DNA of 64,000 nt from the human T2T-CHM13v2.0 reference genome, Homo sapiens, in assembly GCF_009914755.1 (NCBI RefSeq), contig NC_060932.1, one strand, 5' to 3'. This document shows positions 15,376-32,709 of the stretch, piece after piece. The notes beneath the pieces are model-generated. The model made no database searches. It was not told the origin of the DNA and was given only the letters and a program-made list of their open reading frames with translations. Made by a program: the position numbers and the translations under genes. Every line of letters begins with the position of its first letter. Position 1 is the first letter of the stretch.

Positions 15376-17176
15376 TGTAGTTCCCAAATCTTAATAATTC
15401 GGCTACTAGTAATGTTTTCAAGTCTGCTGTAAAACTCAATGAGCTTTATTTATTTGTGTTACAAAGCAGAAATAGGTTTTTCATCCTTTTGTTATTCCTC
15501 CAACAAAATATATAGAGACACTATTGAAATCATGAATTGTATGTGGTGGATTTTTTGGTAAAGGAAGGTTGATCTAATAGCCTTGTGACCAGATCCTGAA
15601 TAATTTTGTGACTAGAGGATATAAAAAATGATTTAATTATATAGTAATTCCTACCATTTATATGATCTAAACAAAAAGGAATCTCAGGCTGTAGTCTGTG
15701 AGAAAGGGATGAAAAGAGGGAAAACTGTGGACTATAAAATGGATTAAGGGGTCTGATAGTATAGTCTCTGCCTAGAATTTGAGTCAGAGCTCAATACATC
15801 TGTGGGTAGAATGTGATTCACTCTACTTCAGAAGCATGATGGTTACTTTTGAAAAAATATCGTGAGGCAGTGGCCTTGCTTACTTAGTCCACATGTTTGT
15901 GGACTCTTTTGGCCTTTGTAGAATAGAGCAGGGATCATCCAGCTAACTTTTTTCAGATAACTCTAAGGTGTCTGTGAGTTGATGTTCTGCTGCTTTTTAG
16001 CATTCCTAGAGATCTGGGTGTGAGGTAAGAATCCCCCTGTGGACTTCAACTGAAATAGAATTTGAGAATTCATGGTTGGCTGCTTTGGCCTTTGGCAGTT
16101 CTCATTAATGTAATTCTTCTATTTATAATACATCATTTCCATAAACAATGTATATATTCAGTTTATAGGTGTTTGAACTTCTTGGCTTAAAAGGAAATTT
16201 CAAATTAAAAAGCAGATCTAAAACTAATTTCTGAAAAAATTATTTTTTTCCCTTTCATATTATAGTAGATATAAGGGCAGTGAATTGTGTCCCTCCCCTA
16301 TTTGAAGCAGAAATGCAAACAGTGGTGTTGCTCCTCTTCAAATTATTATTCAAATGTACTGGTGGAGGGGAACTTATACCCTGGCCTTGTTGCTGGTCCT
16401 TGGGTATAAAATTACTGATAACTGTTGAGCTGGATTAGTAGACTGTATTCCTAGGCAATATATTGGCATCTGCCTCTAGGTCTGCAAATGATATAATTCC
16501 TGACAGAACTTTAGATTCAGATTTTTCAGGCCCTGGTAGTCCAACCTGTGTGACATGGATTTACCTTGACTCTCACTGATGCTGCGTCTGTCTCAAGTTT
16601 TTAGCCACATACTGCAGATAGTTTTGAGTCTATAGCCTTATTGATGAGCTCTCCTTGCTTCCCATTATGAGATAACCTATGTCATGACTGCTGTCTTGGG
16701 ATCTTCTCATTCTTTTCTTAGGGATATGTGGAAAACTTTAGGTTTACTCCACCAAATGAGAGATAATAATGACAATTAGGCCTTTTCTGCTCGACTTTCC
16801 TTCTCTGCCCTCTTTACTCTGCTGGGACTGTACCATATTAGTACAGGTTTGTCTTGCACAGCAGTTTTGCAATGGAGTCCCAAAGGGCCAAAAACCTCTT
16901 TTACTCTCAACATTCCTTTCATCTTATATAAAAGTTTCTCCTCTCTGGAACTTCAGCTTGGAGAGGGTAGGTCAGAAAATGTACTTGTTCTTTTGCTGCT
17001 TTCTCTCTCTCTGTTTTCCTTCTCTTCCCAAAGTGCACTGGCAAAGAAAAGAATAAGCTTTCACATTTCTTTCTGTCTTGTTTGGACTTCTTCTATATGA
17101 AAGTCTATGATCAAGATGACCAGATCTGCCTCTTCATTTGTTAAAGAGGGGGATAAAAAATTTAGAATATTATTTT

Positions 17177-20100
17177 GTTTTATTATACTTTAAATTCTGG
17201 GGTACATGTGCAGAATGTGTAGGTTTGTTACATAGGTATACATGTGCCATGGTGGTTTGCTGCACCCATCAAGCCGTCATCTACATTACATATTTCTCCT
17301 AATGCTATCCCTCCCCTTGCCTCCCACCCCCTGACAGGCCCTGGTGTGTGATGTTCCTCTCCGTGTGTCCATGTGTTCTTGTTGTTCAACTCCCACTTAT
17401 GAGTGAGAACATGCGGTGTTTGGTTTTCTGTTCCTGTGTTAGTTTGCTGAGAATGATAGTTTCCAGCTTCATCCATGTCCCTGCAAAAGACATGAACTCA
17501 TTCTTTTTCTATGGCTGAATAGTATTCCATGGTGTATAAATGTCACATTTTCTTTATCCAGTCTATCATTGTTGGGCATGTGGGTTGGTTCCAAGTCTTT
17601 GCTGTTGTGAATAGTGCTGCAATAAACATACATGTGCATGTGACTTTATAGTAGAATGATTTATAATCCTTTGGGAATATACCCAGTAATGGGATTGCTG
17701 GGTCAAATGATATTTCTGGTTCTAGATCCTTGAAGAATCACCACATTGTCTTCCACAATGGTTGAACTAATTTACACTCCCACCAACAGTGTAAAAGCGT
17801 ACCTATTTCTCCACATCCTCTTCAGCATCTGCTGTTTCCTGAATTTTTAATGATCACTATTCTAACTGGCGTGAGATGGTATCTCATTGTGGTTTTGATT
17901 TGCATTTCTCTAATGACCAGTGATGATGAGCTTTTTATCATGTTTGTTGGCTGCAAAAATGTCTTCTTTTGAGAAGTGTTTGTTCATATCTTTGTCCACT
18001 TTTTAATGGACTTTTGTAAATTTAAGTGCCTCATAAATTCTGGATATTATCCCTTTGTCAGATGGATATATTGCAAAAATTTTCTCCCATTCTGTAGGTT
18101 GCCTGTTTACTATGATGATGTTCACTTTCCTGTTCTGTAGGTTGCCTGCTCACTCTGCTTTCTTTTGCTGTGTGGAAGCTCTTTAATTACATCCCATTTT
18201 TCAATTTTGGCTTGCGTTGCAGTTGCTTTTGATGTTTTAGTCATGAAGTCGTTGCCTATGCCTATGTCCTGAATGGTACTGCCTAGGTTTTCTTCTAGGG
18301 TTTTTATGGCTTTAAGTCTTACATTTAAGTCTTGAATCCATCTTGAGTTAATCTTTGCATAAGGTGTAAGGAAGGGGTCCAGTTTCAGTTTTCTGCATAT
18401 GGCTAGCCAGTTTTTCCAGCACCATTTATTAAATAGGGAATTCTTTCCCCCATTGCTTGTTTTTGTCAGGTTTGTTAAACATCAGATGGTTGTAGATGTG
18501 TGGTGTTATTTCTGAGGCCTCTGTTCTCTTCCATTGTTCTATATGTCTGTTTCGGTAACAGTCTTCTTGTTTTGGTTACTATAGCCTTGTAGTATTGTTT
18601 GAGTCAGGTAGTGTGATGCCTCCAGATTTGTTCTTTTTGCTTAGGATTGTCTTGGCTTATATGGGCTCTTTTTTGGTTCCATATGAGACTTAAAGTAGTT
18701 TTCTCTAATTCTGTGAAGAAATTCAGTGGTAGCTTGATGGGAATAGCATTGAATCTATATATTACTTTGGGCAGTATGGCCATTTTCATGGTATTGATTC
18801 TTTCTACCCATGAATATGGAATGTTTTTCCACTTGTTTGTGTCCTCTCTTATTTCCTTGAGCAGTGGTTTGTAGTTCTCCTTGAAGAGGTCCTTTACATC
18901 CTTTGTAAGTTGTATTCCTAGGCATTTTATTCTCTTGGTAGCAACTGTGAATGGGAGTTCACTCATGATTTGACTCTGTCTATTATTGTGTATAGGAGCG
19001 CTTGTAATTTTTGCACACTGATTTTGTATCCTGAGACTGCTGAAGTTGCTTATTAGCTTAAGGAGTTTTGGGACTGAGATGATGGGGTTTTCTAAATATA
19101 CAATCATATAATCTGCAAACACAGACAATTTGACTTCCTGTCTTCCTATTTGAATACCCTTTATTTCTTTCTCTTGCCTGATTGCCCTGGCCAGAACTTC
19201 CAATACTATGTTTAATTGGAGTGGTGAGAGAGGGCATCCTTGTCTTGTGCCAGCATTCAAAGGGAATGCTTCCAGCTTTTGCCCATTCAGTATGATATTG
19301 GCTGTGGGTTTGTCATAAATAGCTCTTATTATTTTGAGATATGTTCCATCAATACCTAGTTTCATGAGTGTTTTTAGCATGAAGGGGTGTTGAAGTTTAT
19401 TGAAGGCCTTTTCTACATCAATTGAGATAATCATGTGGTTTTTGTCATTGGTTCTGTTTATGTGACAAATTATGTTTATTGATTTGTGTATGTTGAACTA
19501 ACCATGCATCCCACGGATGAAACCAACTTGATTGTGGTGGATAAGCTTTTTGATGTGCTGCTGGATACAATTTGCCACTATTTTATTGAGGATTTTTCAC
19601 ATCAATGTTCATCAGGGATATTGTCCTGAAATTTTCTTTTTTTTGTTGTGTCTTTGCCAGGTTTTGGTATCAGGATGATGCTGGCCTCTTAAAATGAGTT
19701 AGGGAGGAGTCCCTCTTTTTCTATTGTTTGGAATAGTTTCAGAAGGAATGGTACCAGCTCCTCTTTGTACCTCTGGTAGAATTCGGCTGTGAATCCGTCT
19801 GGACCTGGGATTTTTTTGGTTGGTAGGCTATTAATTATTGCCTCAATTTCAGAACTTGTTATTGGTTTATTCAGGGATTTGACTTCTTCCTGGCTTAGTC
19901 TTGGGAGGGTGTATCTGTCTAGGAATTTATCCATTTCTTCTAGATTTTGTAATTTATTTGCGTAGAGGTGTTTATAGTATTCTCTGATGGTAGTTTGTAT
20001 TTCTGTGAGATCAGTGGTGATACCCCCTTTATCATTTTTATTCTGTCTATTTGATTCTTCTCTCTTTTCCTTCTTTTTTTTTTTTTTTTTTTTTTTGAGA

Positions 20101-23100
20101 TGGAGTCTCGCTCTGTCGCCCAGACTGGAGTGCAGTGGTATGATCTTGGTTCTGCAAGCTCTGCCTCCTGGGTTCACGTCATTCTCCTGCCTCAGCCTCC
20201 CAAGTAGCTGGGACTACAGGTGCCCGCCACCATGACTGGCTAATTTTTGTTTTTGTAATTTTAATAGAGATGGGGTTTCGCTGTGTTAGCCAGGATGGTC
20301 TTGATCTCCTGACCTCGTTTTCTGCCTGTTTCAGCCTCCCAAAGTGCTGGGATTACAGGTATGAGCCACCGCACCCAGCCTGATTCTTTTGTCTTTTCTT
20401 TTTTATTAGTCAGGCTAGTGGCCTATCTATTTTGTTAATCTTTTCAAAAATCCAGCTCTTGGATTCATTAATTTTTTGAAGGGTTTTTCATGTCTCTCTC
20501 TCCTCAGTTCTGCTCTGATCTTAGTTATTTCTTGTCTTCTGCTAGCTTTTGAATTTGTTTGCTCTTGCTTCTGTAGTTCTTTAATTGAAATGTTAGGATG
20601 TTGATTTTAGATCTTTCCTGCTTTCTGATGTGAGCATTGTGCTATAAATTTCCCACTAAACACTGCTTTAGCTGTGTCCCAGAGATTCTGGTATATTGTG
20701 TCTTTGTTCTCATTGGTTTCAAAGAACTTATTTATTTTTACCTTAATTTTGTTATTTACCTAGTAGTGATTCGGGAGCAGGTTGTTCAGTTTCCATGTAG
20801 TTGTGTGGTTTTGAGTGAGTTTCTTAATCCTGAGTTCTAATTTGATTGCACTATGGTCTGAGAGACTGTTTGTTATGATTTCCATTTTTTACATTTGCTG
20901 AGAAGTGTTTTACTTCCAATTATGTGGTCAATTTTAGAATAAGTGCTACATGGTGGTGAGAAGAATATATATTCTGTTGATTTGGGGTGGAGAGTTCTGT
21001 AGATGTCTATTAGGTCCTCTTGGTCCAGAGCTGAGTTCAAGGCCTGAATATCCTTGTTAATTTTCTGTCTCATTGATCTGTCTAATATTGACAGTGGAGT
21101 GTAAAGTCTCCCACTATTATTGTGTGGGAGTCTAAGTCTATTATTGTCTAGTATGTCTCTAAAAACTTCCTTTTAAATCTGGGTATTCCTGTATTGGGCA
21201 AATATATAATTAGGATGGTTAGCTCTTCTTGTTGCATTGATCCCTTTACCATTAAGTAATGCCCTTCTTTGTCTTTTCTGATCTTTGTTGGTTTAAAGTC
21301 TGTTTTATCAGAGACAGGATTGAAACCCCTGCTTTTTTTTTTTTGATTTACATTTGCTTGGTAAATATTCTTCCATCCCTTTATTTTGAGCCTATATGTG
21401 TCTTTGCACATGAGATGGGTCTCCTGAATACAGCACACCGATGGGTCTTGACTCTATCCATTTTGCCAGTCTGTGTCTTTTAATTGGGGCATTTAGCCCA
21501 TTTACATTTAAGGTTAATATTGTTATGTGTGAATTTGATGCTGTCATCATGATGCGAACTGGTTATTTTGCACATTAGTTGATGCAGTTTCTTCATAGTG
21601 TCGTTGGTCTATATATTTTGGTATGTTTTTATAGTGGCTGGTACCTGTTTTTTCTTTCCATATTTAGTGCTTCCTTTAGGAGCTCTTGTAAGGCAGGCCT
21701 GGTAGTGACAAAATCCCTTAGCATTTGCTTGACTGTAAAGGATTTTATTTTTTCTTCACTTCTGAAGCTTATTTTGGCTGGAAATGAAATTCTGGGTTGA
21801 AAAATCTTTTTTTTTTTTTTTTAAGAATGTTGAATATTGGCCCCCACTATCTTCTGGCTTGTAGGGTTTCTGCAGAGAAATCCGCTGTTAGTCTGATGGG
21901 CTTCCCTTTGTGGGTTATCTGACCTTTCTCTCTGGCTGCCCTTAACATTTTTTTCTTTGTTTCAGCCTTGGTGAATCTGACAATTATGTGTCTTGTGGTT
22001 GCTCTTCTTGAGGAGTATCTTAATGATGTTCCCTGTATTTCCTGAATTTGAATGTTGGCCTGGCTTGCTAGATTGGGGAAGTTCTCCTGGATAATATCCT
22101 GAAGTGTGCTTTCCAACTTGGTTCCATTCTCCCCATCAGTTTCAGGTACACCAATGAATTGTACGTTTGGTTTTTTCATGTAGTCCCATATTTCTTGGAG
22201 GCTTCATTCGTTCCTTTTCATTCTTTTTTCTCTAATCTTGTCTTCATCCTTTATTTCATTAATTTGATTTTCAATCTTGGATATCCTTTCTTCTGCTTGA
22301 TCGATTTGACTCTTGATACTTGTGTATGCTTCACAAAGTTCTCATGCTGTGTTTTTCAGCTTCATCAGGTCATTTATGTTCTTCTCTAAACTGATTATTC
22401 TAGTTAGCATTTCCTGTAACCTTTCATCAAGGTTCTTAGCTTCCTTGCATTGGGTTAGAACATGCTTCTTTAGCTTGGAAGAGTTTGGTATTACCCACCT
22501 TCTGAAGCCTACTTCTGTCAATTCGTCAAACTCATTCTCCATCCAGTTGTGTTCCCTTGCTGGCGAGGAATTGTGATCCTTTGGAGGAGAAGATGCATTC
22601 TGGTTTTTGGAATTTTCAGCCTTTTGGTGCTGTTTTTTCCTCCTCATCATGGATTTATCTACTGTTGCTCTTTAATGCAGAGGACCTTTGGATTGAGTTT
22701 TTGCATGTGTGTCCTTTTTGTTGATGTTGATGTTATTGCTTTCTGTTTGCTAGTTTTCCTCCTAACAATCAGTCCCCTCTTCTGCAGATCAGCTGGAGTT
22801 TGCTGGAGGTCCACTCCAGACCCTGTTTTCCTGGGCATCACCAGTGGAGGCTGCAGAACAGCAAAGATTGCTGCCTGCTCCTTCCTCTGGAATCTTCATC
22901 CCAGAGGAGCACCCGCCAGATGCCAGTTGGAGCTCTTCTGTATGAGGTGTCTGTCGACCCCTGCTCGGAGGTCTCTTTCAGTCAGGAGGCAGTCTGTCTG
23001 TAGCAGAGCTTGAGCGCTGTGCTGGGAGATATGCTGCTCTCTTCAGAGCCGGCAGGCAGGAACGTTTAAGTCTGCTGAAGCTGCACCCACAGCCGCATCT

Positions 23101-23941
23101 TCCTCCAGGTGCTCTGTCCCAGGGAGATGGGACTTTTATCTGTAAGCCCCTGACTGGGGCTGCTGTCTTCCTTTCAGAGAGGCCCTGCCCAGAGAGGAGG
23201 AATCTAGAGAGGCAATCTGGCTACAGGAGCTTTGCTGCACTGAGGTGGGCTCTGCCCAGCCTGACCTTCCCAGTGGCTTTGTTTACACTGTGAGGGGAAA
23301 ACTGCCTACTCAAGCCTCAGTAATGGTGGACACCCCTCCCCCCACCAACCTGGAGTGTCCCAGGTGGACTTCAGACTGCGTGCTGGCAGTGAGAATTTCC
23401 AGCCTGTGATCTTAACTTGTTGGGATCTGTGTGGGTGGGACCTGTTTAGCAACACCACTTGGCTCCCTGGCCTTAGCTGCCTTTCAGGATAGTGAATGCT
23501 TCTTGTCTTGCTGGGGTTCCAGGCACCACTGGGGTACAGAAATAAAACTCCTGCAGCTAGCTTGGTGTCTGCTCAAATGACAGCCCAGTTTTGTGCTTGA
23601 AACCCAGGGCCCTGGTGGTGTAGGCACCTGAGGGAATCTCCTGTTCTGTGGGTTGCAAAAACCGTGGGAAAAGCATAGTATCTGGGCTGGATAGCACTGT
23701 CCCTCATGGCATAGTCCCTCAAAGCTTCCCTTGGCTAGGGGACGGAGTTCCCTGACCCCTTGTGCTTCCCTAGTGAGGCAACACCCCACCCTGCTTCAGC
23801 TTACCCTCTGTGAGCTACACTCACTGCTTAACCAGTCCCAATGAGATGAACCTGGTACCTCAGTTGGAAATGCAGAAATCACCTGCCTTCTGCATTGGTC
23901 TCTGGGAGCTGCAGACTGGAGCTGTTCCTATTCGGCCATCT
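17177..23941 (-). mobile_element. Full-length decayed L1PA7-like element (5'UTR, ORF1, ORF2, 3'UTR)
   Basis: 5' end CTGTTCCTATTCGGCCATCT at 23922-23941; ORF1 peptides (21847-22650) and RT peptide (18604-19434). Decayed TSD TAGAATATTATTTT (17163) / TAGAAAGTTATTTT (23941). Confidence 0.93.
20074..20380 (-). mobile_element. Alu (AluY/Sc-type) inserted in L1 ORF2
   Basis: Long poly-T, GGGTTCACGTCATTCTCC and GTTAGCCAGGATGGTC states; TSD TGATTCTT(CTC/TTG)TCTTTT. Confidence 0.95.
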
Positions 23942-26619
23942 AGAAAGTTATTTTTACAAAGCCTGACTTTCAAGACTGTTTTTTATCCTTATTGACTTGA
24001 AATTTTTATTTTGTGGTCCAAGTGATTACTAAATTTTTTTCTCTTTATATTAATGGGGCAACAACACTGATCTATTCACCTCACTTTCCAAGGAAGATGG
24101 ATACCTTAGTATGTCTGTAAGGAATGTAAAAGGGACAGGCCTGTTAATATACTTCAAAAAATATTATGCTTTTTTCCCCAGGGATCAAGTGACTGTTTTA
24201 GTCATTTTAGCTTGCATATGACATTAATTGAAGATTGGGTTTGTCTAGATCAAAAGAAAATGTGGCCTATGTTCTTTGGTAGGGTGGTAATAGCTGAAAT
24301 GTTCCTTAACTCTGTCCACTAATGATATCTTGTAGCTTGACCTCTTGAGAACCCAGTCTCACTTGTCAAGCTGTTTCTTGAGGTTTGGGTGAAGCAGATG
24401 ATCCAATCCTGTTGTAGCATGAATCTTTTAGAGTATGGCAATAAGAGAATTGTAGATATTGACAAAATTTCTGGAAGGATTACTTTTGAAAAATTAATTA
24501 AAATTGGTTTATTAAAAATCCCAGGAAAATTTTCTACATGAGATTTAGATAAACAAAATAAAACATAGAAAAGAAAAATGTTTTTCCTGCCATGTGTAAT
24601 ACACTTTTGAATACTTTTATAGTTAAATTTTATTTGAGATGGTCCATCCAAGTACCAGACTTGCATTATACCTGATAAATTAATACCATTAACACCTTGA
24701 GAATGTATTATCTTTGCATAATTAAAATGCATTTTCTTTACTAGAATATAAATAACTTGAGATCAGGATTGTATCTTATTCACTTCTGTGTCAGGAGTCT
24801 AGCATGATAACTGGAATGCTGTAAATGTTTAACACATGTTTGCCGTCTGTCTGGATATTTGCTGATCTCTGAACAGAAGATTTGTGAAAGAGAACACACA
24901 GGAAAAGATGCACCTCTCTTTTTAGTGATATATGTTTGGGACAATATTCCATGACAAAGGAGCCTAAAGATTTGAATTTCCATTTGTGTTGACCCTACAG
25001 TGATTTTGAACAGCCCGATTTAATAATAGACAGGAGCAGTTGGGGGAGAAGTAGATTTCTTGGCAATCCAATCTAGTTTAAAACACCATGAAATGCCTTG
25101 GTTATTATATCTTTCACTAGCTAACAAGCCAGGAATCTTATAACATTTGTGACATTGACAGGAGTTTAGAAATGAATACTGTGTAAGGTTTCATTTTGAT
25201 GCATTGTAGTTCTCTTTATTGTGGTATCTTGTGCTCATACCATCGTCGTGAAATACCATGGCAACTTTTAAAAATTATTATATTTATGTAGAAATGTTAA
25301 AAAAAATTAAAAGACCTTTTGAAAAGATGAACAGAAAAATTAGCTTCTTGATTTCTAATTCATGTGTTGCAAGTCTTTGCTTTTTAGGACTTGCCAAATG
25401 TTTGTCTTCCCAATTTTCTAGTTAGGTGTAAAGTAAAGGGGAGTGTTTGGTATAAAAGTTTATAGAGTTTTAATGGCAAGGATAAAGCATTGTTGGTTTC
25501 AGTCGAAAAGTGTTTTGAACATTATCTTTAAAATGCTATGTCCATTGGCTTGTTGGGAAATCAATAGGTCATGAAAATATTAAATTAAAAGTTTATTTAT
25601 ACATGTAATGTAGATGTATATTTGTGATAAACATATTATATAATCATACTGTAGCACAAGTCTTGTCACTTTGTAAAAGGCTCCAATATTTTGATTACTG
25701 AGTGTTCAGGAAAGCCAGTGCATTCTTTCAGTGGTTATAAAAAGATCTGGCAGATATGGCAAGGTAAGCAGTTTACAAGTGTCTTTGAGGGATTTTTAGT
25801 TCAGGTTGCCCAACCAAAACAGGATTATTATTTGGCATGTTTACAGATATGGATATGCAGGGAAGCAGGCCTATGGCTTAATTAAGTCAGAGATTATGCG
25901 TTAACAAATTGGTTCTGTCAATGATGGATTCTGCCTGCAAGAGGCTAATTTGAATACAATCTACTGGCCATGGTCATAGAGCATAGAGCAACACAACTTT
26001 TTTACTTCCCTTCAGGCTGTCTTTTCTCTTGGCTAAGCTTTTAACAAGCTCCACATGCAAAATTGGATGATCTTGGTTGTTGTAAAGTGGCCTCAACATG
26101 TACATTTTGGGAAAGGGGAGAAACACTTGGATTAACTTTTGTGTGTTAATCTTTTATGATGTGTGTGGATCAGACTTTGGGAAGGAAACTGATAGCTTCA
26201 TGGTGAAATGTTGGCATACCATTTCTAACTTCCATTTGCCAGTTAAAAGGGGGAAGTGTTCAGGGTCAAAAACACTGATTTATTTGCTTCCTATGAAGGC
26301 AATGAATCAACAAAATGAGTGTGTCATTGTAATATTTGGAATCAAAGTCCAGGGTGAATTAGGGCCATTTAACTTGTTCTTAAGCCAGTTGGTTGGAATG
26401 GACTCTTCATTTCTTTGTAATCTTTGTTAGGTTTAGTAAGGAGGCATGGATTGGCTGTTAGAATAGGGTCATCTTCATGTAGATTAAAAGTATGGAGATT
26501 TAAAATCTAGAGCAATGTTCACTGGAAACAGTTTCACAGCAATCTGTTGGCATCATTTTTTAATACTTTTCAATTTTCTTTGTACAAGTCACCTTTAACA
26601 GAACATCCATCCCTTCCTT

Positions 26620-27050
26620 GAGGTCATACTTCAGAACAAAGAATGCCCAAATCTCATGATGTAACACAATAAATACTTAATTCTCACCCATGCTACATGT
26701 CCAGAAATTATTGGCAGTGTCTGTCATATACACTTAGGGATACAGGTTGACAGAGATTCTACTTCAACCGATACTTTCATGATTGCGTAGAAAAAGGAAA
26801 ACAGTAAATTATGTGCTATCTCTTAAAGCTTCCACCCTGAAGTGATATAATTCATTCAAATTTAATTTAATTTTTTAACAATTTAATATTTTTCAGAGAT
26901 GGGGTCTTGTTATGTTGCTTAGGCTGGTCTTGGACTCCTGGGCTCAAGCAATCCTCCCATCCACTCACCTCAGCCTCTAGAGACACTGGAATTACAGGGA
27001 CTAGCCACTGCACCTCGCTTCATTTGTGTTTTATTGGCCAAACCAAGTCA
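26620..27050. mobile_element. Ancient MaLR (MLT1-type) LTR remnant interrupted by a FLAM
   Basis: CCCAAATCTCA...AACACAATAAA...CTTAAAGCTTCCACCCTGAAGTGA...ATTGGCCAAACCAAGTCA resembles old MLT1 LTRs. Confidence 0.45.
26861..27019 (-). mobile_element. Alu monomer (FLAM)
   Basis: AGAGATGGGGTCTTG...CTCCTGGGCTCAAGCAATCCTCCC...GCCACTGCACC, single arm. Confidence 0.85.
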
Positions 27051-28324
27051 ATATTTGCCTACCCTTCAGTCTTAAAGATTTTCTCCTTTGTTTTCTTCTG
27101 GAAGCTCTATATATTCAACATTTAGATCTATAGGCCATTTGGGGTGTTCTTTTTGTGTGTGTAGTATGAGATAAGTGTTTAGTTTCACTTTTTCCCATAT
27201 GGATTTCCAGTTGTTCCAGCATAGTTTGTTGAAAAGACTGTCCTCTCCCCATCAAATTATTGGTATCTTTGTAAAAAATAAATTGACCCTATATGCAATG
27301 GTCCATTACTGGGCTGTCTATTTTATTTGTCTATCCTTAGGCTAGTGCACACTGTTCTGAAAAATATAACTATAAATATTCAAATAAATATTGCAAGCCC
27401 TGCAACTTTGTTCTTTTTCAAAATTGTTTTTACTGTTATATGTCTCTTTTATTTCCATATAAATATTATAATCAAGTTTTTACCTTTTAGAAAAAACCTG
27501 ATAGAATTTTGATTAGGACTGTATTGAATCTTTGGATCAATTTTATTGAGTTTCCCAATATCTTTCATCTACACAGGTCTTTAATTGTTCTCAGCCATGT
27601 TTTATAATTTTCAGTGTACATATTTTATTAAATTTATCCCTAAATATCTCATTTTTATGTTACTGTAAATAGTATTATTTTCTAAATCTCATCTTCTAAT
27701 TGTTTATGCTGGGATATATCAACATAACTGAGTCTTGCATATTGATTTTGTATCCTGCAAATTTGCTAAGTTTGGTTCTTAATTCTAGTCACTTTTTGGG
27801 TAAATTTTTTGGTATTTTTTATGTACAGTCATGTCTTGCAAATTAAGACAATTTTGGCTCTTTTTTTCCAAGTAGTATGATTTTTATTTCTTTTCTTGCA
27901 TGGTTTCTTGAGTACAACCTCAAACACAACGTGAAACAGAAGTTACAGCAGATATCTTTGCCTTGTCTTCACTACTACTGAAATAGTGTAATATCATACT
28001 ATTAAGCATGATGTTAGCTGTAGATATTTAGTAGATACTCTTTCTCAGGTTTTCTTCTAGTCCCAGTTTTCTGAGATTTTAAAATTATGAATGAGTGTTG
28101 AATTTTGTCAAATGCTTTCTCTGCATTTATTGAGATGCTCTGATATCTTTTTAATTTGGTTAGTATGGTGGATTATATTATTTTCAAATATTATACCAAC
28201 CTTGTATTCTTGAGAAAACCACACTTGGACATGATGTATTATACCTTTTATGTATTAATGGATTTAATTGGCTTGCACTTTTATTAAAGATTTTTGCCTC
28301 TGCGTACATGGGGAATATTGGTCA

Positions 28325-28623
28325 TTTTTTTTTTTTTTTGAGACAAGGTCTAAGTCTTGCTCTGTTGCCCAGACTACAGTGGCGCAATCATGGCTCACTG
28401 CAGCTTCGATTTTTTGGGTTCAAGTGATCCTCTCACCTTAGCCTCCTGAGTAGCTGGGACCACAAGTGTGTGCCACTATGTTCGGTTAAGTTTTAAATTT
28501 TTTTGTCAAGATGGGGTCTTGCCATCTTGCCCTGCCTGATCTCAAACTCCTGTACTTAAACAATCCTCCCATCTCAGCCTCCCAAATTGCTGGGATTACA
28601 GGCATAAGCCACTGCCCCCAACC
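28325..28623 (-). mobile_element. Alu (AluJ-type)
   Basis: Diverged reverse Alu dimer with ATCATGGCTCACTGCAGC; TGGTC-T-run on both sides. Confidence 0.9.
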
Positions 28624-29488
28624 TGGTCTTTTCTTTTCTTGTAATGTTTTTGCCTCATATTGGTATTGGGAAAGCCCTGTTTCACAAAATCAGTTGAGAA
28701 ATGGTTTCTCTTCCTCTATTTTCTAAAAGAGTTCTTTTTAAAACTCTTTGAAAGTGAAGTCATCTGAGTTTTGAATTTTATTTATAGGAAGGGCTTAATT
28801 CTAATACAGTTTCTTTAATTGACAAGGGAGTTATTCAGATTTTCTGCTCTTCTAGAATCAGTTTTGGTAACTCATTCTTTCAAGGAATATGTCTGTTTCA
28901 ACTAAGCAATCAACATTTTTTCACTTAAAAATTTAAATAATAGTACCTTTTTTTAAGTGTCTGTAGGATCTTAGTGATATTTCTTCTGTTTTTTGGTATA
29001 AGCCATTTTCTCTTCTGAAAGAATTAAAGCTAATCTTTCATGAGCTGTCTGGTTGGATTCTTATTTCTAATACAGATGCTATCAGGGTCTTAGATGTGAT
29101 AAACTCCCTGGGGTTTCTATAAGACTCTGAATGCTGTCTGGAGTTAAATGCCTGTTCTCCTCTGAGCTCCTGCAACTCCCTCCAGATCAGTGAGTGGCAG
29201 ACACTTGGCTGCTGGGAAAAGCCAGGTTCTCCTTGTAGGCTGGAGGAATGGAGATAGGACAGCCTCTGTACCACCTGTTCTCTCTCTTCATGGCTGTCTC
29301 TCCTTAGTCCTCAGATCTCAGCATAAATGTCACCTCGTCAGAAGGGCCTTCTCCTGCCACCTTAAATTAAGAAGTCCTTATAATTTTACTGATGCCTTTG
29401 ATTACTGGGAGCTGCCTGAGGGCAGGAATCATCTGTCTGGCCTGCCATTACATTCTTCTTATCAACACAGTACCTTGCATTTAGCAGG

Positions 29489-29491
<3 letters not shown>

Positions 29492-29571
<80 letters not shown>

Positions 29572-29581
29572 TATATGTATG
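29492..29581. repeat. (CT)n(AT)n microsatellite at the L1 3' tail
   Basis: Directly visible dinucleotide runs abutting the L1 3' end. Confidence 0.95.

Positions 29582-32709
<3,128 letters not shown>

Noticed and set aside
24319-24732. 137-aa minus-strand ORF in unique DNA
   Set aside because: AT-rich composition, no recognisable homology, and no supporting splice or promoter signals.
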